The notes under the pieces: model-generated
The model's database searches: none
The model's input: the letters and a program-made list of their open reading frames with translations, nothing else
Told to the model about the DNA's origin: nothing
Part shown: one piece after another, positions 52,275 through 62,821 of the stretch
How positions within the stretch are numbered: position 1 is the first letter of the stretch
Layout: every line of letters starts with the position of its first letter
Translations under genes and position numbers: made by a program
From: an uncultured Verrucomicrobiae bacterium
Lineage (GTDB): Bacteria > Verrucomicrobiota > Verrucomicrobiia > Chthoniobacterales > Chthoniobacteraceae
Length of the DNA: 64,000 bases
Direction of reading: 5' to 3'
Assembly (NCBI GenBank): GCA_963769025.1
Contig: CAVYKI010000002.1
Span: 192,001 to 256,000, forward strand

Positions 52275-53102
52275 CTACTCGACGGTGTTCCGCAGCGTGC
52301 CGATTGACGCAATCGTGATCGCGACCTCGTCGCCGTGTTGGAGCGTGAACTCGTTCGGCGGCACGAGGCCGGTGCCGGTCAGCAGCACGCAGCCTGCGGG
52401 GAATCCATTTTCGCGCATGAGCCAGCCGGCGAGTTCCTCGAAGGTGCGCTTCATCTGCGAAATGGAAGTCGCGCCGGAGAATACCTCCGCTCCGCCGCGT
52501 CGGATGCGCAGCTCGATGGCCGTCTCGCGCGGGAGCGGCTCGCGCACGACGATGCCGGGACCGAGCGCGCAGCAGCCGAGATAGACCTTTGCCTGCGGGA
52601 GATAGAGCGGATTTTCCCCCTCGATGTCGCGCGAACTCATGTCGTTGCCGACGGTGTAGCCGAAGATTTTGCCCGCGGTGTTGATCGCCAGCGCGACTTC
52701 CGGCTCGGGCACGTTCCACTTGGAATCTTCGCGGATGCGCACCGCCGCGCCGGGCGCGACCACGCGATGCGGCGTCGCCTTGAAGAACAGCTCCGGCCGG
52801 TCCGCCGCATACACGCGATCGTAAACATTGCCGCCGTCCTTGCTCTCCTCCATCCGCGCATCGCGCGAACGGAGATACGTGACGCCGGACGCCCACACTT
52901 CCTGCGACTGGACCGGCGCGAGGAGTTCCGGGGGCAGCTCGACGGGCTTCCCGTCGCTGAGCATCGGCTCGAGCAGGAAATGCGGATCCGCGTGCTGGAA
53001 CACGGCGTCCATCGTGAGGTCGGCGAGGAGGAAGCAATCCTCGCCGCGCTGTGCGACGAGTCCGGCGGCGGTGCGGTACAGGGTGATCGGGAGCAGAGAC
53101 AT
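52275..53102 (-). CDS. Fumarylacetoacetate-hydrolase-family protein (2-keto-3-deoxy-pentonate dehydratase-like)
   Basis: [47 protein letters not shown]. Confidence 0.9.
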   Translation of the reverse strand: MSLLPITLYRTAAGLVAQRGEDCFLLADLTMDAVFQHADPHFLLEPMLSDGKPVELPPELLAPVQSQEVWASGVTYLRSRDARMEESKDGGNVYDRVYAADRPELFFKATPHRVVAPGAAVRIREDSKWNVPEPEVALAINTAGKIFGYTVGNDMSSRDIEGENPLYLPQAKVYLGCCALGPGIVVREPLPRETAIELRIRRGGAEVFSGATSISQMKRTFEELAGWLMRENGFPAGCVLLTGTGLVPPNEFTLQHGDEVAITIASIGTLRNTVE

Positions 53103-53149
53103 CCTGCGGATGACATCCGTCCCGTGGGGCGATGGCAAGGCGATGCGCT

Positions 53150-54256
53150 TCAGCGTTTGCCAAAAAGGAACGTGAGCGCGGCACCGAGCCGCGCGCGCCA
53201 CGCCGTGAGCGTGTGCTCCGCGCCGTCGGCCACGTTCACGGTGAAGTCGCGTCCTTTCACGAGCTTCTTCTTCTCCAGCGCAGCGGTGGCGCGGTCCTGG
53301 TAGAGCGCCATGTTCGCGTCGCCGAGCAGCGTGCCGTGGTCGAAGTAGATCTTCGTCCCGAGGGCGATGTGCGCGTGTTCGAGGTGGCGGATGAGTTCGC
53401 ACTCGTGCGGCGGATCCGCACTCAGATCTTCGAAATATGTCGAGAGGCATGCGAAACGGCCGAACGTCCCGCCGTGCCGCGTCGCCATCCACAGCGCGAG
53501 CGCGCCGCCGAGGCCGAAGCCGAGCACGCCCGTGTTCGCCGGATCGGGAAGCGTGCGGTCGCGGCAAAATGTCCAGTCGATGAACGGCTTCAGGTCGTTC
53601 ACGAGGAAGTCGGCCATCTTCGGCCCGTCCCACTGCGGCGAGAGTTCCTCGTCGCGCTGGCCAAACTGATCGCGGTGAAATACGGCGACGAGGATGACAT
53701 CCGGGATCAACCCGTGCCGCGCGAGCCGGCGCACCCAGTCGTCGGCCGTGATGGATTCGTGCGCGCAGGTGTCGAGCGCCGCGAGCGTGTCCTGCCCGTC
53801 GAGCAGATAGAGCACCGGATGCCTTGAATCGTGGCTCCGCATGAACCCGGGGGGCAGCCAAACGACGGTGCGGCGGTGATGGCCGAATTGCGTGGCATTG
53901 AGCTCGCAGTCGATCGTCTTGCCGAAAATCGCGTCGTGTTCGAGCGGCGGGCAGTCCTTCCAATGGTGGACATCGATGGCGACGTCGATGTCGTGCAGCA
54001 TGAGATACTGGTAGTTCAGCACGACCGAGCCATCGAGGCGCGTCTCCTCCGTGTCCCACGAGCCGCGCGTGATTTTGAACTCCACGACTCCGCCCGGCAG
54101 ATCCGCCGCGCCGCGAAATTTCCCGTCGTCACCGCGTTCGAGCTCCAGTCCGCGCTCGGCCTGCCAGTTGCCGAGCGCCGGGTCGGTGCCGACGATCACC
54201 ACGCGCTGGCGCGTCGGGTCGGCGGGGATGGTGACTTCAAAGGTGAGGCGCGGCAT
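53150..54256 (-). CDS. CBM20-like domain plus esterase-fold protein
   Basis: [45 protein letters not shown]. Confidence 0.82.
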   Translation of the reverse strand: MPRLTFEVTIPADPTRQRVVIVGTDPALGNWQAERGLELERGDDGKFRGAADLPGGVVEFKITRGSWDTEETRLDGSVVLNYQYLMLHDIDVAIDVHHWKDCPPLEHDAIFGKTIDCELNATQFGHHRRTVVWLPPGFMRSHDSRHPVLYLLDGQDTLAALDTCAHESITADDWVRRLARHGLIPDVILVAVFHRDQFGQRDEELSPQWDGPKMADFLVNDLKPFIDWTFCRDRTLPDPANTGVLGFGLGGALALWMATRHGGTFGRFACLSTYFEDLSADPPHECELIRHLEHAHIALGTKIYFDHGTLLGDANMALYQDRATAALEKKKLVKGRDFTVNVADGAEHTLTAWRARLGAALTFLFGKR

Positions 54257-54293
54257 CGGGCTCGGAGACTACCGACATGCCGGCAGAAAAGGA

Positions 54294-54464
54294 ATCCGCA
54301 GATTGCGCCGATTTTCGCAGAATGACGTACCGTAGCCGCCGACGGCAGGAGGCGGGCCATTCATGACATGCGCCATTTTGATTGGCCCGCCTCCTGCCAT
54401 TGGCGGCTACGATGGGTAGCGCGCCATTTCGAATCTGCGTCCATCTGCGCAATCTGCGGATGAA
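54294..54464. repeat. 9-nt-period REP-like hairpin (copy 2) enclosing a GTAG-type REP doublet
   Basis: Outer arms 54294-54313 and 54432-54461; inner 29-bp inverted repeat 54331-54359 / 54383-54411. Confidence 0.8.
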
Positions 54465-54469
54465 CGCCG

Positions 54470-55573
54470 CTACCACAACGACATCTGCGCAGTCGGCACG
54501 CGGAAATGGTCCGCGCTCAATCCTCGCGCGCCGATGTCGAGCGCGGCGTCGTGCATGGCGAAGTCCGCGCGCCGCGATGCCACCTCGTAAAATTGCCGCA
54601 ACTGCTCCGCCGCCGGGCCGGTGCCGCTCATGCGCTTGCCGAACTCGGAGCGATACAGCGCGCCCTCGCGAAACTCCCGGATGCGTCCGAGGATCTTCTC
54701 CTTCTGCCCCGGCACGTGGCGCTCCAGCCATTCGGTGAAAATCGGCTCCACCGAGAGGGGCAGCCGCACGACCGTGTAATGCGCCGAGACCGCACCGGCT
54801 TCCTTCGCAGCAGCGAGCAGCGCGGGGATTTCGTGATCGTTCAGGCCGGGGATGATCGGCGCGGTGAGCACCGAGACTGGCACGCCCGCCGCAGTCAGTT
54901 CGCGGATCGCCGCAAGCCGTCGCGTGGGCGTGCTCGCGCGTGGCTCCAGCTTTTTTGCCAGGTCGCCGTCGAGCGTCGTGAGAGAGATCGCGACATTCAC
55001 CGCACGAAACTTGGCCAGATTGCCAAGCAAATCCGCATCCCGCGTGATGAGGTGGTTCTTCGTGATGAGCGCCACGGGATTCCGGAATTCCGCGAAGACC
55101 TCCAGGCAGCGCCGCGTGAGCTGCAGGCGCCGCTCCACGGGCTGATACACATCCGTGATGCCGCTCATCGCCACGGTCTCCGGCTTCCAGCTTTTCTTCG
55201 ACAGCTCCGCGCGCAGCAGCTCCGGCGCGCGTTCTTTCACGAGGATGCGGCTCTCAAATTCCAGCCCCGCATTGAACCCGAGATACTCGTGCGAGGGCCG
55301 CGCAAAGCAGTACGCGCAGCCATGCTCGCAGCCGCGATAAGGCGAGCAGCCGACGCGGAACGGGATGTCCGGCGAATCATTCCGCGTGAGGATGCTCTGC
55401 GCGTCATCGCGGAAAAACTGGGTTCGCAGAGGGAGCGGCTTTCCGTCATCGTCCAGCAGCGCATCCGGCTCGATTTCGATGCGCTGCGACTCGAACCGGT
55501 TCGGTGTGTTCAGCCCGGCTCCGCGGCCGGCCGGCGCGGGGGGCATTGGTGAACTGTGCGCATTGTCCTGCAT
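54470..55573 (-). CDS. Radical SAM protein, PA0069/SplB-like family
   Basis: GRGA..N.PNRF, PYRGCEHGCAYCFARP, TDVYQPVE. Confidence 0.9.
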   Translation of the reverse strand: MQDNAHSSPMPPAPAGRGAGLNTPNRFESQRIEIEPDALLDDDGKPLPLRTQFFRDDAQSILTRNDSPDIPFRVGCSPYRGCEHGCAYCFARPSHEYLGFNAGLEFESRILVKERAPELLRAELSKKSWKPETVAMSGITDVYQPVERRLQLTRRCLEVFAEFRNPVALITKNHLITRDADLLGNLAKFRAVNVAISLTTLDGDLAKKLEPRASTPTRRLAAIRELTAAGVPVSVLTAPIIPGLNDHEIPALLAAAKEAGAVSAHYTVVRLPLSVEPIFTEWLERHVPGQKEKILGRIREFREGALYRSEFGKRMSGTGPAAEQLRQFYEVASRRADFAMHDAALDIGARGLSADHFRVPTAQMSLW

Positions 55574-55580
55574 CGGGGCT

Positions 55581-55651
55581 GTGATTGGTGACTGGCAATC
55601 GGTTCTCGCGAGTCGTGCGGAAATAAGACCGGTCACTTTTTACCAGTCACC
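55581..55651. repeat. Inverted 7-nt-period arrays (same family as 32362-32553)
   Basis: GATTGGT GACTGGC AATCGGT ... ACCGGTC ACTTTTT ACCAGTC ACC; GGTGACTGG pairs with CCAGTCACC. Confidence 0.55.
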
Positions 55652-55895
55652 GTCTGCCCCGTGGCCACCGCCCGCCGTGCAAAGTCCGGCGCGCGCGTCC
55701 CGAGTGCGGGCATGGTGGACTGAATGAGCCATGCCCTCGACTGTGCGCCGGAACACCCTGCTGACGAGCGGAAAGTTTCTGCCAGGTCCTTGGTTTGGCG
55801 TTCCCCGCGTGCAGACAGTGATGCAGCCGTTTCATTGAAGCCCGCAGCGGTCCTTTTCGTGGACATTTGCACGTTCAGCGTTACGTTCCGCGCAC

Positions 55896-56909
55896 TTGAA
55901 ACCGGATCCGAGAACCGGCTCGGATCTGATCCTCGCCACCAAACCATTCGCCAAAGATTCCACTCTGGGTAGCTGGTGGCGCGTCCTCTCCACCGCGCTC
56001 CTTCTGCTCGCAGCACTGGCCGGGACGCATTGGAATGTGAACGCCGCGGGAGCGCTCGCGTGCAGCCTCCTCAGCGGATTGCTGCTGCTGCGGTTTTTCG
56101 TCATCTACCACGATCAGCAGCACCATGCCATCCTGCCGCGCTCGCGTGTCGCGGAGGTGTTCATGCGGGTATTCGGCATCCTCGCACTCAGCCCGAGCAG
56201 CGTCTGGCGCAGTTCGCACAATCATCATCACACGCACAACTCCCAGCTGCGCGGCTCACATATCGGATCGTTCCCGATCATGACAAAGGCCGCTTTCCTG
56301 AAGTCGTCCGCTTCCGTCCGCTTCCGCTATCTCTTCATGCGGCACCCGCTCACGATCCTCTTTGGCTACGTGTTCGTGTTCCTGTTCGGCATGTGCATCG
56401 CACCTTTCCTCAATGACCCGAAGCAGAACCGCGACAGCCTCGTGGCGCTGCTTGTCCACGTCGCGATCGGGGTGGCTCTCGCATGGACTTGGGGATGGCA
56501 GGCGCTGGTGCTCACGCAGACGATCCCGCACTTCATCGCCTGTGCCGTCGGCTCCTATCTTTTCTACGCTCAGCACAATTTCCCCGGCGTGCGCTTCGCA
56601 GACAAGGCCGGATGGACCTACAACACTGCCGCGCTCGAATCATCGAGCTACATGGAGACCGGCCCGATCATGGGATGGTTCACCGCTAACATCGGCTACC
56701 ATCACATCCACCACCTGAACGCCCGCATCCCATTTTACCGGCTCCCGGAAGTGCTGCGCGAAATCCCCGAACTGCGGACGCCGAAGCGCACCTCGCTGCA
56801 TCCCGCCGAAATCCTCCGCTGCCTCCGCCTGAAAGTGTGGGACGTGGACGCGCAGCGCATGGTCGGCGTGCGTGGTGCGTCACCGGCAATCGCCATCGCG
56901 GCGGGCTGA
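55896..56909 (+). CDS. Membrane fatty acid desaturase
   Basis: His boxes HDQQH, HNHHH, HHIHH. Confidence 0.92.
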   Translation: MKPDPRTGSDLILATKPFAKDSTLGSWWRVLSTALLLLAALAGTHWNVNAAGALACSLLSGLLLLRFFVIYHDQQHHAILPRSRVAEVFMRVFGILALSPSSVWRSSHNHHHTHNSQLRGSHIGSFPIMTKAAFLKSSASVRFRYLFMRHPLTILFGYVFVFLFGMCIAPFLNDPKQNRDSLVALLVHVAIGVALAWTWGWQALVLTQTIPHFIACAVGSYLFYAQHNFPGVRFADKAGWTYNTAALESSSYMETGPIMGWFTANIGYHHIHHLNARIPFYRLPEVLREIPELRTPKRTSLHPAEILRCLRLKVWDVDAQRMVGVRGASPAIAIAAG

Positions 56910-57048
56910 TATCAAACTGTCACCACGATGCCGTCCTATTCGTAATCCCGAGGCTGCCGTGACACCGTCCGTCCGTGGGACGCGTTGAGGAGCGAAAACT
57001 CATGAAGATGAGGATCACGGCCCGCATTTTCCCATATCACCCACCCCC

Positions 57049-58104
57049 ATGCCACACACCGCCGCAGAAATCGCAACCATCGTCCAAGGTGAAGTCCTGG
57101 GCGACGCAACCGCCATCCTCACCGGGCTCGCTGCCGCCGGGGCCGCAACTGCGGGCGATCTGACGTTCGCGGAAAAGGGACCGCAGTTCCTCGCCGCCGA
57201 CCTGGGCCAAGCAGCAGCCATCCTCGCGCTCGCTCCCTTCACCTCCGAACGCAAGACCGTCATCCGCGTGGCAAACCCGCGCGTCGCCTTCGCCAAAGTG
57301 CTCCCGCTTTTCCATCCCCTGCAGGAATTCATTCCCGGCATTGATTCCCGCGCGAGCATCGCCTCCACCGCACAGATCGATCCCACCGCGCACATCGGCC
57401 CGCACTGCGTCGTCGGAGAACATGTCACCGTCGGCCCGCGCTCCGTCCTCATGGGCGGCAACCACGTCCGCAGCGGCTCCCGCATCGGTGCGGATGCGCG
57501 CCTTTACCCGAACGTGGTCCTCTGCGAGCGCACCCAACTCGGCGACCGCGTGACCATCCACGCCGGCACCGTCATCGGCTCCGACGGCTACGGATACGTC
57601 TTCGATGCAGGCATCCACCGCAAAGTCCTGCAAGTCGGCAATGTCGTCATCCACGATGACGTCGAAATCGGCGCAAACGCCGCCATCGATCGAGCCGCGC
57701 TCGGCTCCACGGTGATTGGCGCCGGGACAAAAATAGACAACCTTGTCCACATCGCCCACAACGTCACCATTGGGCGCCACTGCCTCATCATGGGCCAGGT
57801 CGGATTCGCCGGCAGCACCGATCTCGGCGACTACTCCGTCGTCGCTTCACAGTCCGGCATCGCAGGTCACCTGAAGCTCGGCCCGCAAGCCACCATCGGC
57901 GCCAAGTCCGGTGTCATGCGCGACATTCCGCCGAAAGGCACCGTCCTCGGCATCCCCGCGCAGCCCGACAAGCAGATGAAGCGCCAGTGGATCGCCATGC
58001 AGCAGCTCCCCGAGACCGTCCGCCGCGTGCGCGAACTCGAAAAGCTTGTGGCCCAGCTCTCCGCAAAATTCGGCATTCCCGCCGAACCCAAACCCGGCAC
58101 CTAG
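57049..58104 (+). CDS. lpxD: UDP-3-O-acylglucosamine N-acyltransferase
   Basis: Hexapeptide repeats, GSDGYGY, IDRAALG, KIDNLVHIAHN. Confidence 0.95.
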   Translation: MPHTAAEIATIVQGEVLGDATAILTGLAAAGAATAGDLTFAEKGPQFLAADLGQAAAILALAPFTSERKTVIRVANPRVAFAKVLPLFHPLQEFIPGIDSRASIASTAQIDPTAHIGPHCVVGEHVTVGPRSVLMGGNHVRSGSRIGADARLYPNVVLCERTQLGDRVTIHAGTVIGSDGYGYVFDAGIHRKVLQVGNVVIHDDVEIGANAAIDRAALGSTVIGAGTKIDNLVHIAHNVTIGRHCLIMGQVGFAGSTDLGDYSVVASQSGIAGHLKLGPQATIGAKSGVMRDIPPKGTVLGIPAQPDKQMKRQWIAMQQLPETVRRVRELEKLVAQLSAKFGIPAEPKPGT

Positions 58105-58240
58105 CCGGATACTCCGGCAGCCCGCACGGTTCCGTCCGGCTCACCCGCTGACGCGATTGCGCCATCCACAGGTGTGGTTGGCGCGACCATGGAGCGTCTC
58201 CCGGAGCGATCGCAGCGGTTAGGGATCCGCACCGTCAGCC

Positions 58241-58783
58241 TCACGGCTTCCAAGCCTTGCTCCACAGCACGTAAATCTCATGGATTGCCCGGCGCTCCAG
58301 CGGTGTCCACTCGGCGGTGCGCTCGGCGAGCGTCTTGTATTCGCCGAACCGCGGGTCGCGCTCCACGGCGAGCTGGTAGTTTTCCAACGCCTCCTTCGTC
58401 CTGCCGGTGCCCCAGTAGCCGAGCACGAGCGAGTAATAGTCGTAGTGCGACTTGAAGCCGCTCATCTTCACCGCCACCTCGAATTCGCGCACCGCCTCGG
58501 CGTAATCGCCCAGATTGAAATACGCCCAGCCCGCACGGTTGTGCATCGGCCCGGTGTCCTTGAGCGCCACCGACTTCCGGATGTCCGCGCGCGCCTCCTC
58601 CTTCCGCCCGAGCAACGCCAGCGTGTAGCCGCGGTTCGAGTAAGCCTGCGAATCCTCGGCATTCGCCGCGATTTGCTTGTTCAGGTTTTCCAGCTTCGGG
58701 GTCACGTCTACCGGCTGCAAGTCCGCGGCGAAGGCGGACACGGCGAGACACACGGACAGCGCAAAAAGACGCGAGGGGTTCAT
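58241..58783 (-). CDS. Exported TPR protein
   Basis: Signal peptide, AYSNRG..LGRKEEA, NRAGWAYFNLGDY. Confidence 0.85.
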   Translation of the reverse strand: MNPSRLFALSVCLAVSAFAADLQPVDVTPKLENLNKQIAANAEDSQAYSNRGYTLALLGRKEEARADIRKSVALKDTGPMHNRAGWAYFNLGDYAEAVREFEVAVKMSGFKSHYDYYSLVLGYWGTGRTKEALENYQLAVERDPRFGEYKTLAERTAEWTPLERRAIHEIYVLWSKAWKP

Positions 58784-58867
58784 GCGGGGAATCTTTGTTG
58801 AGGATGGGCCGAGGGTAAAGCTTTCGTGCGGGAGGGATTCAGGCCGCTAGATCACGCCTGATGGGGT

Positions 58868-59794
58868 TCAGTCTGTTCCTTCTTCTCGTTCCTGCGCTCG
58901 AGAAGGAGGGATCACAATTGTCTGTGTTCCAGACGGCGATGAAACAGTGAGAGTGCCCGGTCCCGTGAATTTGATAGGTATGCTCACTGTTTCGTGGATT
59001 CGGTGTTTTTTGTTCAGCTCCCAAGAAAGGCCGTCCAAGTCTGGAAACAGTGTTGAGCGACTGATTCCGAACACAGCGAGGTCTTTCAGAATTTCTCCTT
59101 TGGCGAATCCTGCGGGGATGAAGAATTCAATCAGGTTTGTTCCAAATTCGTTATGCCGAGGGTTACAGGTCTGGAATTGCATACTTGGCGTGAGAGGTTC
59201 AACTGGGCGTGGGTGGAATGTGAACACGCCTTGTTGAGCATGAATTCGTCGATCCAAGGGATTCGGCTCATAAACCATTACATCGCGGGCCTCATCAAAT
59301 CGGTGATGAGTTATCAAGCCCGTCCCACCGCAATAAGCATAGACTGCCCCGTCGGTATCCGGATCATCACAGACAGAGAAAAACAGCGCGGCCAAAGGAT
59401 TTTTCGTCCAGTCGAGCAATCGGGTAGCTAGTCCATAATGCTGCGCAAGCGCGAGGCACTCCCAATCGTCTGTCGGAAGTTCGCGATAAGCTTTCGCGCG
59501 GTTTTTCCATTCGCTGAAGGCGACCATGTCTTGCGGAGAAATGTAGCCGTATCGGTCGATCTTTTCCCATTTGGTGGAGTCATCGCTTTTCACCGCATCA
59601 GCGCCAGTCGCAGACCTGAATCCAAAAAAGCCGCTTCTCCCTGCCTTTGGGAGGAGGGGCCATTCCTGCCGAGTTCTGGATTGACCGCGGAACAGCCACG
59701 TAAGGCCCCAATGTTCGCTTCCGTATAAGGGACGTGCAGCAGTCAGGAATTCATGCACCGACTTAATCTCAATCTGATTGCTCGGCTGGCTCAT
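58868..59794 (-). CDS. FRG-domain protein
   Basis: LFRGQ, AQHYGLATRLLDWT.NP..ALFF, RIHAQQGVF; visibly lower GC than the flanks. Confidence 0.92.
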   Translation of the reverse strand: MSQPSNQIEIKSVHEFLTAARPLYGSEHWGLTWLFRGQSRTRQEWPLLPKAGRSGFFGFRSATGADAVKSDDSTKWEKIDRYGYISPQDMVAFSEWKNRAKAYRELPTDDWECLALAQHYGLATRLLDWTKNPLAALFFSVCDDPDTDGAVYAYCGGTGLITHHRFDEARDVMVYEPNPLDRRIHAQQGVFTFHPRPVEPLTPSMQFQTCNPRHNEFGTNLIEFFIPAGFAKGEILKDLAVFGISRSTLFPDLDGLSWELNKKHRIHETVSIPIKFTGPGTLTVSSPSGTQTIVIPPSRAQEREEGTD

Positions 59795-59817
59795 GGATTC
59801 AAGGACTTAGACGGTGC

Positions 59818-60243
59818 TCATTTCGCCGGGCAGATGACGGGGATCAACTGCCTGCCGTGGCGGCGATAGACTTTGAAGTCGGCGTCGAGCGTCACGAGCG
59901 GGAGCTTCGGGTGCAGTTCGGAGAGGCGCACGAGGCAGGCGTCGGCGAGGGACATCGGCACGTTGACGTAGCGATCCATGAGCGCGCTGATCGCCGCAGC
60001 TTCGTCTTCAAGGTGGAAGGACAGGTCGAAGACTCCATCCGCCAGCATCGCGCGCAGCCGCGTGAGGTGCCGGGGCATGCGGCGCAGGAGGAACCACGCC
60101 TCGCTGATGACTGCCTCGCAGGTGGTGAGGGCGCCGTCGTGCTGCTGGAACTGCTCCACCGCCCATTCGTGGAACTGCTCATCCTCGGCGAGCCACGCGA
60201 CGAGCGGGCCGGTGTCGAGGAGGATGCCCCTGCTAGCGGCCAT
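59818..60243 (-). CDS. vapC: PIN-domain toxin
   Basis: ILLDTG, EAVISE, SLADA, TLDADF. Confidence 0.9.
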   Translation of the reverse strand: MAASRGILLDTGPLVAWLAEDEQFHEWAVEQFQQHDGALTTCEAVISEAWFLLRRMPRHLTRLRAMLADGVFDLSFHLEDEAAAISALMDRYVNVPMSLADACLVRLSELHPKLPLVTLDADFKVYRRHGRQLIPVICPAK

Positions 60244-60484
60244 AGCCGGAGAGGTGCTTCGGATTCGAGGCGAGATCCTTCACGCCCGTCGCCCCCGCGC
60301 CCTGGTATTTCTGCAGCCGCTCGTGGAGGGACGGGCGCGTCTTTTTCCGCGGCGCTGGATGTGTGGGCATCGCCTGAAGCAGGAGGTCGCGAACGATGGC
60401 GGATTTCGTCTGCTTGCGGCTCTCCGCCGCCGCGTCGAGTGAGGCATTCAGGAAGTCGGGCAGCTTGATCGTGATCGTCTTCAT
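60233..60484 (-). CDS. vapB: Ribbon-helix-helix antitoxin (83 aa)
   Basis: MKTITIKLP...KSAIVRDLL...[14 protein letters not shown]; overlaps the toxin start; TTGCAA-N17-TACCTT 6 nt upstream of the ATG. Confidence 0.82.
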   Translation of the reverse strand: MKTITIKLPDFLNASLDAAAESRKQTKSAIVRDLLLQAMPTHPAPRKKTRPSLHERLQKYQGAGATGVKDLASNPKHLSGYGR

Positions 60485-60537
60485 GCGGGAAAGGTAATAC
60501 CGACAGGCTAGCATTGCAATACGCGATTTGCCCGTGC

Positions 60538-62546
60538 TCACACCACCTCCACCGGGCACTTCGGCAGCGCGCGCAGGAAGGCGCTCCCGTAGTTCTTCGT
60601 GAGCACGCGCGGGTCGAGGATGACGACGATGCCCTTGTCCTGCTTGCGTGCGGATGAGGCGGCCGACGCCCTGGCGGAGTTCGAGGATGGCCTCGGGGAG
60701 CGAGTAGTCGCGGAAGGGGTCGCCGCCGTTGGCCTCGATTTGCTCGAGGCGCGCCTCGATGAGCGGCGTGTCGGGCACGGCGAAGGGGAGGCGGGTGATG
60801 ATGACATTCGAGAGCGCCTCGCCGGGCACGTCCACGCCGCTCCAGAAACTTTTCGTGCCGAAGAGCACGTGACGGTCGTCCTTTTTGAACTCGGCGATGA
60901 GGCGGTGGCGCGTGAGGCCTTCGCCCTGCACGAGGAGCGTCATGTCGTGATCCTCGTCGAGTTTTTCGCGGCAAAGGGACGCCACGTTTTGCATCGTCTT
61001 GTAGCTCGTGAAGAGGACGAATGCGCGCCCGTGCGTCATGGCGACGAAGTGCTCGATTTTCTCCGCGAGCGCCTGCTCGTAGGCGGCGGCCCCGTCGCTT
61101 TTGGGGTCGGGCATTTTCTTCATCACGTAGAGGCGCATCTGCCGCTCGTAGTCGAAGGGCGAGCCGACGCGCAGCGCGTGGCACGTCCTCGGCGCCGATG
61201 CGCCTGCGGAAGTAGTCGAGCGCGGCGTCGCCGGTGCCGAGCGTGGCGCTGGTCATGATGCACGTGTTGTCCTCGCGGAAAAGGAGCGCGTGCAGGTGCG
61301 CGGCGATGTCCACGGGCGCGGCGTGGAGATTGTGAAACTGCGTGGTCTTGCCGCTCTGCTCGACCCAATAGACGTGCTGCTCGGCGTCCTGCTTGAGGAA
61401 GGTCGCGAGGTTCGAGCGCGCGTCGCGGATGCGGCGGCCGAGGTCCTGCAGCTCGGCCTTCGTCGAGCTCGTCCTCGGTGGCTTTCACCGACTGCACGAC
61501 CTGCGCCTGCAAGCGCGTGAGGTCGGCGGAAAGGGTGTCCGGCACGAAGTCCGGCTGCCGCACGCGATACTCGCGCCCCTTTTTGAAATCCGCGCTCGTG
61601 CCGACTTTCGCGAAAAACTCCTCGGCCTTTTCGAGCGCATTGCTCGACCTCGCGCACGCCGTCGGGATTGCGCAGCACTTGGAAGAGGCCCTTCTTCGTC
61701 TTCGGATTGTAGAGCCGGTGCAGCGCGTAGCGCAGGCCGTATTGCGAGACGTTCATCCCGATCATCCGCGACGCGACCGACTCGACGGTGTGCGCCTCGT
61801 CGAAGATCACGAAGTCATTCGCAAAAAGGTAGCCGCTCTCGTCTTTGTCCTGCTCCGCGATGCCGCCGAGACTGAGGAAAAAAAGCGTGTGGTTCATCAC
61901 CACGAGGTCGGCGCTCGACGAGCTGCTTGCGCACGCGCTGGTAATGGCAGCGCGGGTTGTTGCCGCAGGTCTTCGGCGTGCAGATGTGCGGCTCGCTGCA
62001 CACGAGCGACCACACGTGCGAATCCGGCTCCACCGCGAGGTCGCTCAGCGAGCCGTCCTCGGTCGTCTGCGCCCATTCCCAGATGCGCTTCAGCTCCTCG
62101 GTCTCCGTCGAGGTGAAAAGCTCGCCCGCCTGCGACATCGCGCGCTCCAGCCGCGTCGGGCAGACGTAATTCGCGCGCCCTTTCCAGAGGATCGCGCTGA
62201 AGTCGCCCGCCGCTTCCGCGAGCACCTTCCGCACGATCGGGATGTCTTTGAAAATGAGCTGCTCCTGCAAATTGATCGTGTGCGTGGAGACGACCGCCTT
62301 CCGGTTTTGCTGCTTTGCCCAGAGGATGGCCGGGATGAGATACGCGAGCGATTTCCCCACGCCCGTGCCCGCCTCGACGACGAGATGTTTTTTCTCCGCC
62401 AGCGCCTCCGCGACCGCGACCGCCATCTCCTGCTGCTCCGGCCGATACTCAAAGCTCTTCGCCTCCGACAGCAACCCGTCCGGGGAAAAAATCTTCCGGA
62501 TGGTCTCGGCAAAATCAGACGGTGCGCCGGTGTCGGGTGAAATCAT
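60538..62546 (-). CDS. DinG/YoaA-family Fe-S helicase; several frameshifts
   Basis: [16 protein letters not shown], Cys cluster, [22 protein letters not shown] across frames. Confidence 0.9.
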
Positions 62547-62653
62547 GTGAGCCGTGCATCTTTCGCAACGCACGGCGCGGGCGCAACCACGCAGCACAGG
62601 CGCGGGTGTGTTTCGCTGGGAACGATGCGGAGGAATCGGTCGCTGAGGTTTTT

Positions 62654-62757
62654 AAACGCAGAGACGCAGAGGGGAAGAAGCAGCCAGGGACGACGTAATC
62701 CGAGGCCTTCCTTGAAAGGGCCTGCTGTTTTCTCTGCGTCTCCGCGTCTCTGCGTTT
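62654..62757. repeat. REP-like hairpin with 8-nt-period arms
   Basis: AAACGCAGAGACGCAGAG (62654-62671) / CTCTGCGT CTCCGCGT CTCTGCGTTT (62732-62757). Confidence 0.75.
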
Positions 62758-62821
62758 CTGCAATGACTTCGAGGAATCGTTTCGGCTAAGGACTCGGGGC
62801 CGAGACTGATTCATCCCAAAC

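Noticed and set aside
52171..54464. The two 9-mer hairpins as ends of a mobile element or as CRISPR repeats
   Set aside because: Each is a self-contained hairpin, the enclosed genes are metabolic, and there are no regular spacers or target-site duplication.
56910..57048. Possible structured RNA or riboswitch upstream of lpxD
   Set aside because: Only 4-bp stems are visible and I recognise no motif; an Rfam/Infernal search would be needed.
60538..62546. DinG helicase as a type IV CRISPR or defence component, or fused to the antitoxin (track ORF 60233-61138)
   Set aside because: No cas genes or array; Fe-S YoaA-like motifs point to a housekeeping helicase; the fusion is a frameshift artefact and vapB has its own promoter and start.
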